DNA of 64,000 nucleotides from Raillietiella orientalis (Eukaryota): NCBI GenBank assembly GCA_036172245.1, contig JAYWIR010000008.1, positions 5,146,001 to 5,210,000 of the forward strand, read 5' to 3'. Shown piece by piece: positions 63,431 to 64,000 of this stretch (position 1 is its first letter; each line of letters starts with the position of its first letter). The notes under the pieces were generated by a model. It saw only the letters and a program-made list of their open reading frames with translations, ran no database searches and was not told where the DNA came from. The position numbers and the translations under genes were made by a program.

Positions 63431-64000
63431 TGACATGAATGGCTGCCTTTTTTGTTACCTTGCTCAACTGCGACCATTATCACGTGAGAAAACGTAGGAG
63501 TGTACCTTCCCTTGATGTGATCCATCGGCAATAACAACTCCAAAGATGCCAAATAGCAATACTGCATCTACACAAAGAGCAGTTAGCTTCTAGCAGTTAC
63601 TACAAGCAGAATAGCATGAGATTATGGAAGCTGCTGTCAATCTGCCGCTCCGTCTTCATTAAATGCGCTCTTGGTGTTTTCTATCCCATCTTTTCCAGTT
63701 ATCTTGGTATCACTTAAAAGACAAGCTTGACTCCTGTTTTGAAGTCAAGAAACCATTCACTCAGATTTGTCCCGTGATTATCCAAATGTACATTTTGATG
63801 AGAATCCTTCAAGGAAATGCTTCAAACCGATGAGCACATGCTTGCAAATTAAACGGAAGCATTCAACTGCTTTCTTTTTACGATTACATTTAAATTAGAG
63901 GAATTAAAATTGAAAAAATTAGACACAGCAAAAAAAATTTGGTATCTTTCCCCAATTAGCAAATAATTGGCCTTGCATTTCGATTGCTTGGTAAACTCCC
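63430..64000 (-). mobile_element. Possible opposite-strand LINE RT remnant
   Basis: VNGFLT / FKTGVK (RT domain 4-like) and KLTALCVD (domain 5-like) on the minus strand. Confidence 0.3.

Overview
This window looks like eukaryotic, probably arthropod, nuclear DNA rather than a prokaryotic genome. I found no intact host gene, rRNA, tRNA or CRISPR array. Most of the window (about 1-51 kb and 59-64 kb) is GC-rich and made of heavily frameshifted non-LTR retrotransposon debris on both strands. Two classes are present: L1/Tx1-like elements (zinc-knuckle ORF1, APE endonuclease, RT and C-terminal zf-RVT motifs) and R2/R4/NeSL-type elements with a restriction-like endonuclease (RLE). Microsatellites and purine/pyrimidine tracts lie between them. 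The main result is an abrupt AT-rich block of about 7.6 kb (~51.14-58.8 kb) holding six pseudogenised, bacterial-style genes: two ankyrin-repeat genes, an Hsp20 gene that keeps its Shine-Dalgarno site, and three hypothetical genes. Five of the six resemble Wolbachia proteins, so the block is best read as an old endosymbiont-to-nucleus transfer (nuwt). Other notable items are a LINE family whose three copies share a structured 3' end with no poly(A) tail, a 67-bp near-perfect palindrome, a ~210-bp inverted duplication inside a LINE, and a degenerate fold-back. All protein-family calls come from reading motifs by eye and from memory, not from database searches. Boundaries of decayed elements are approximate.
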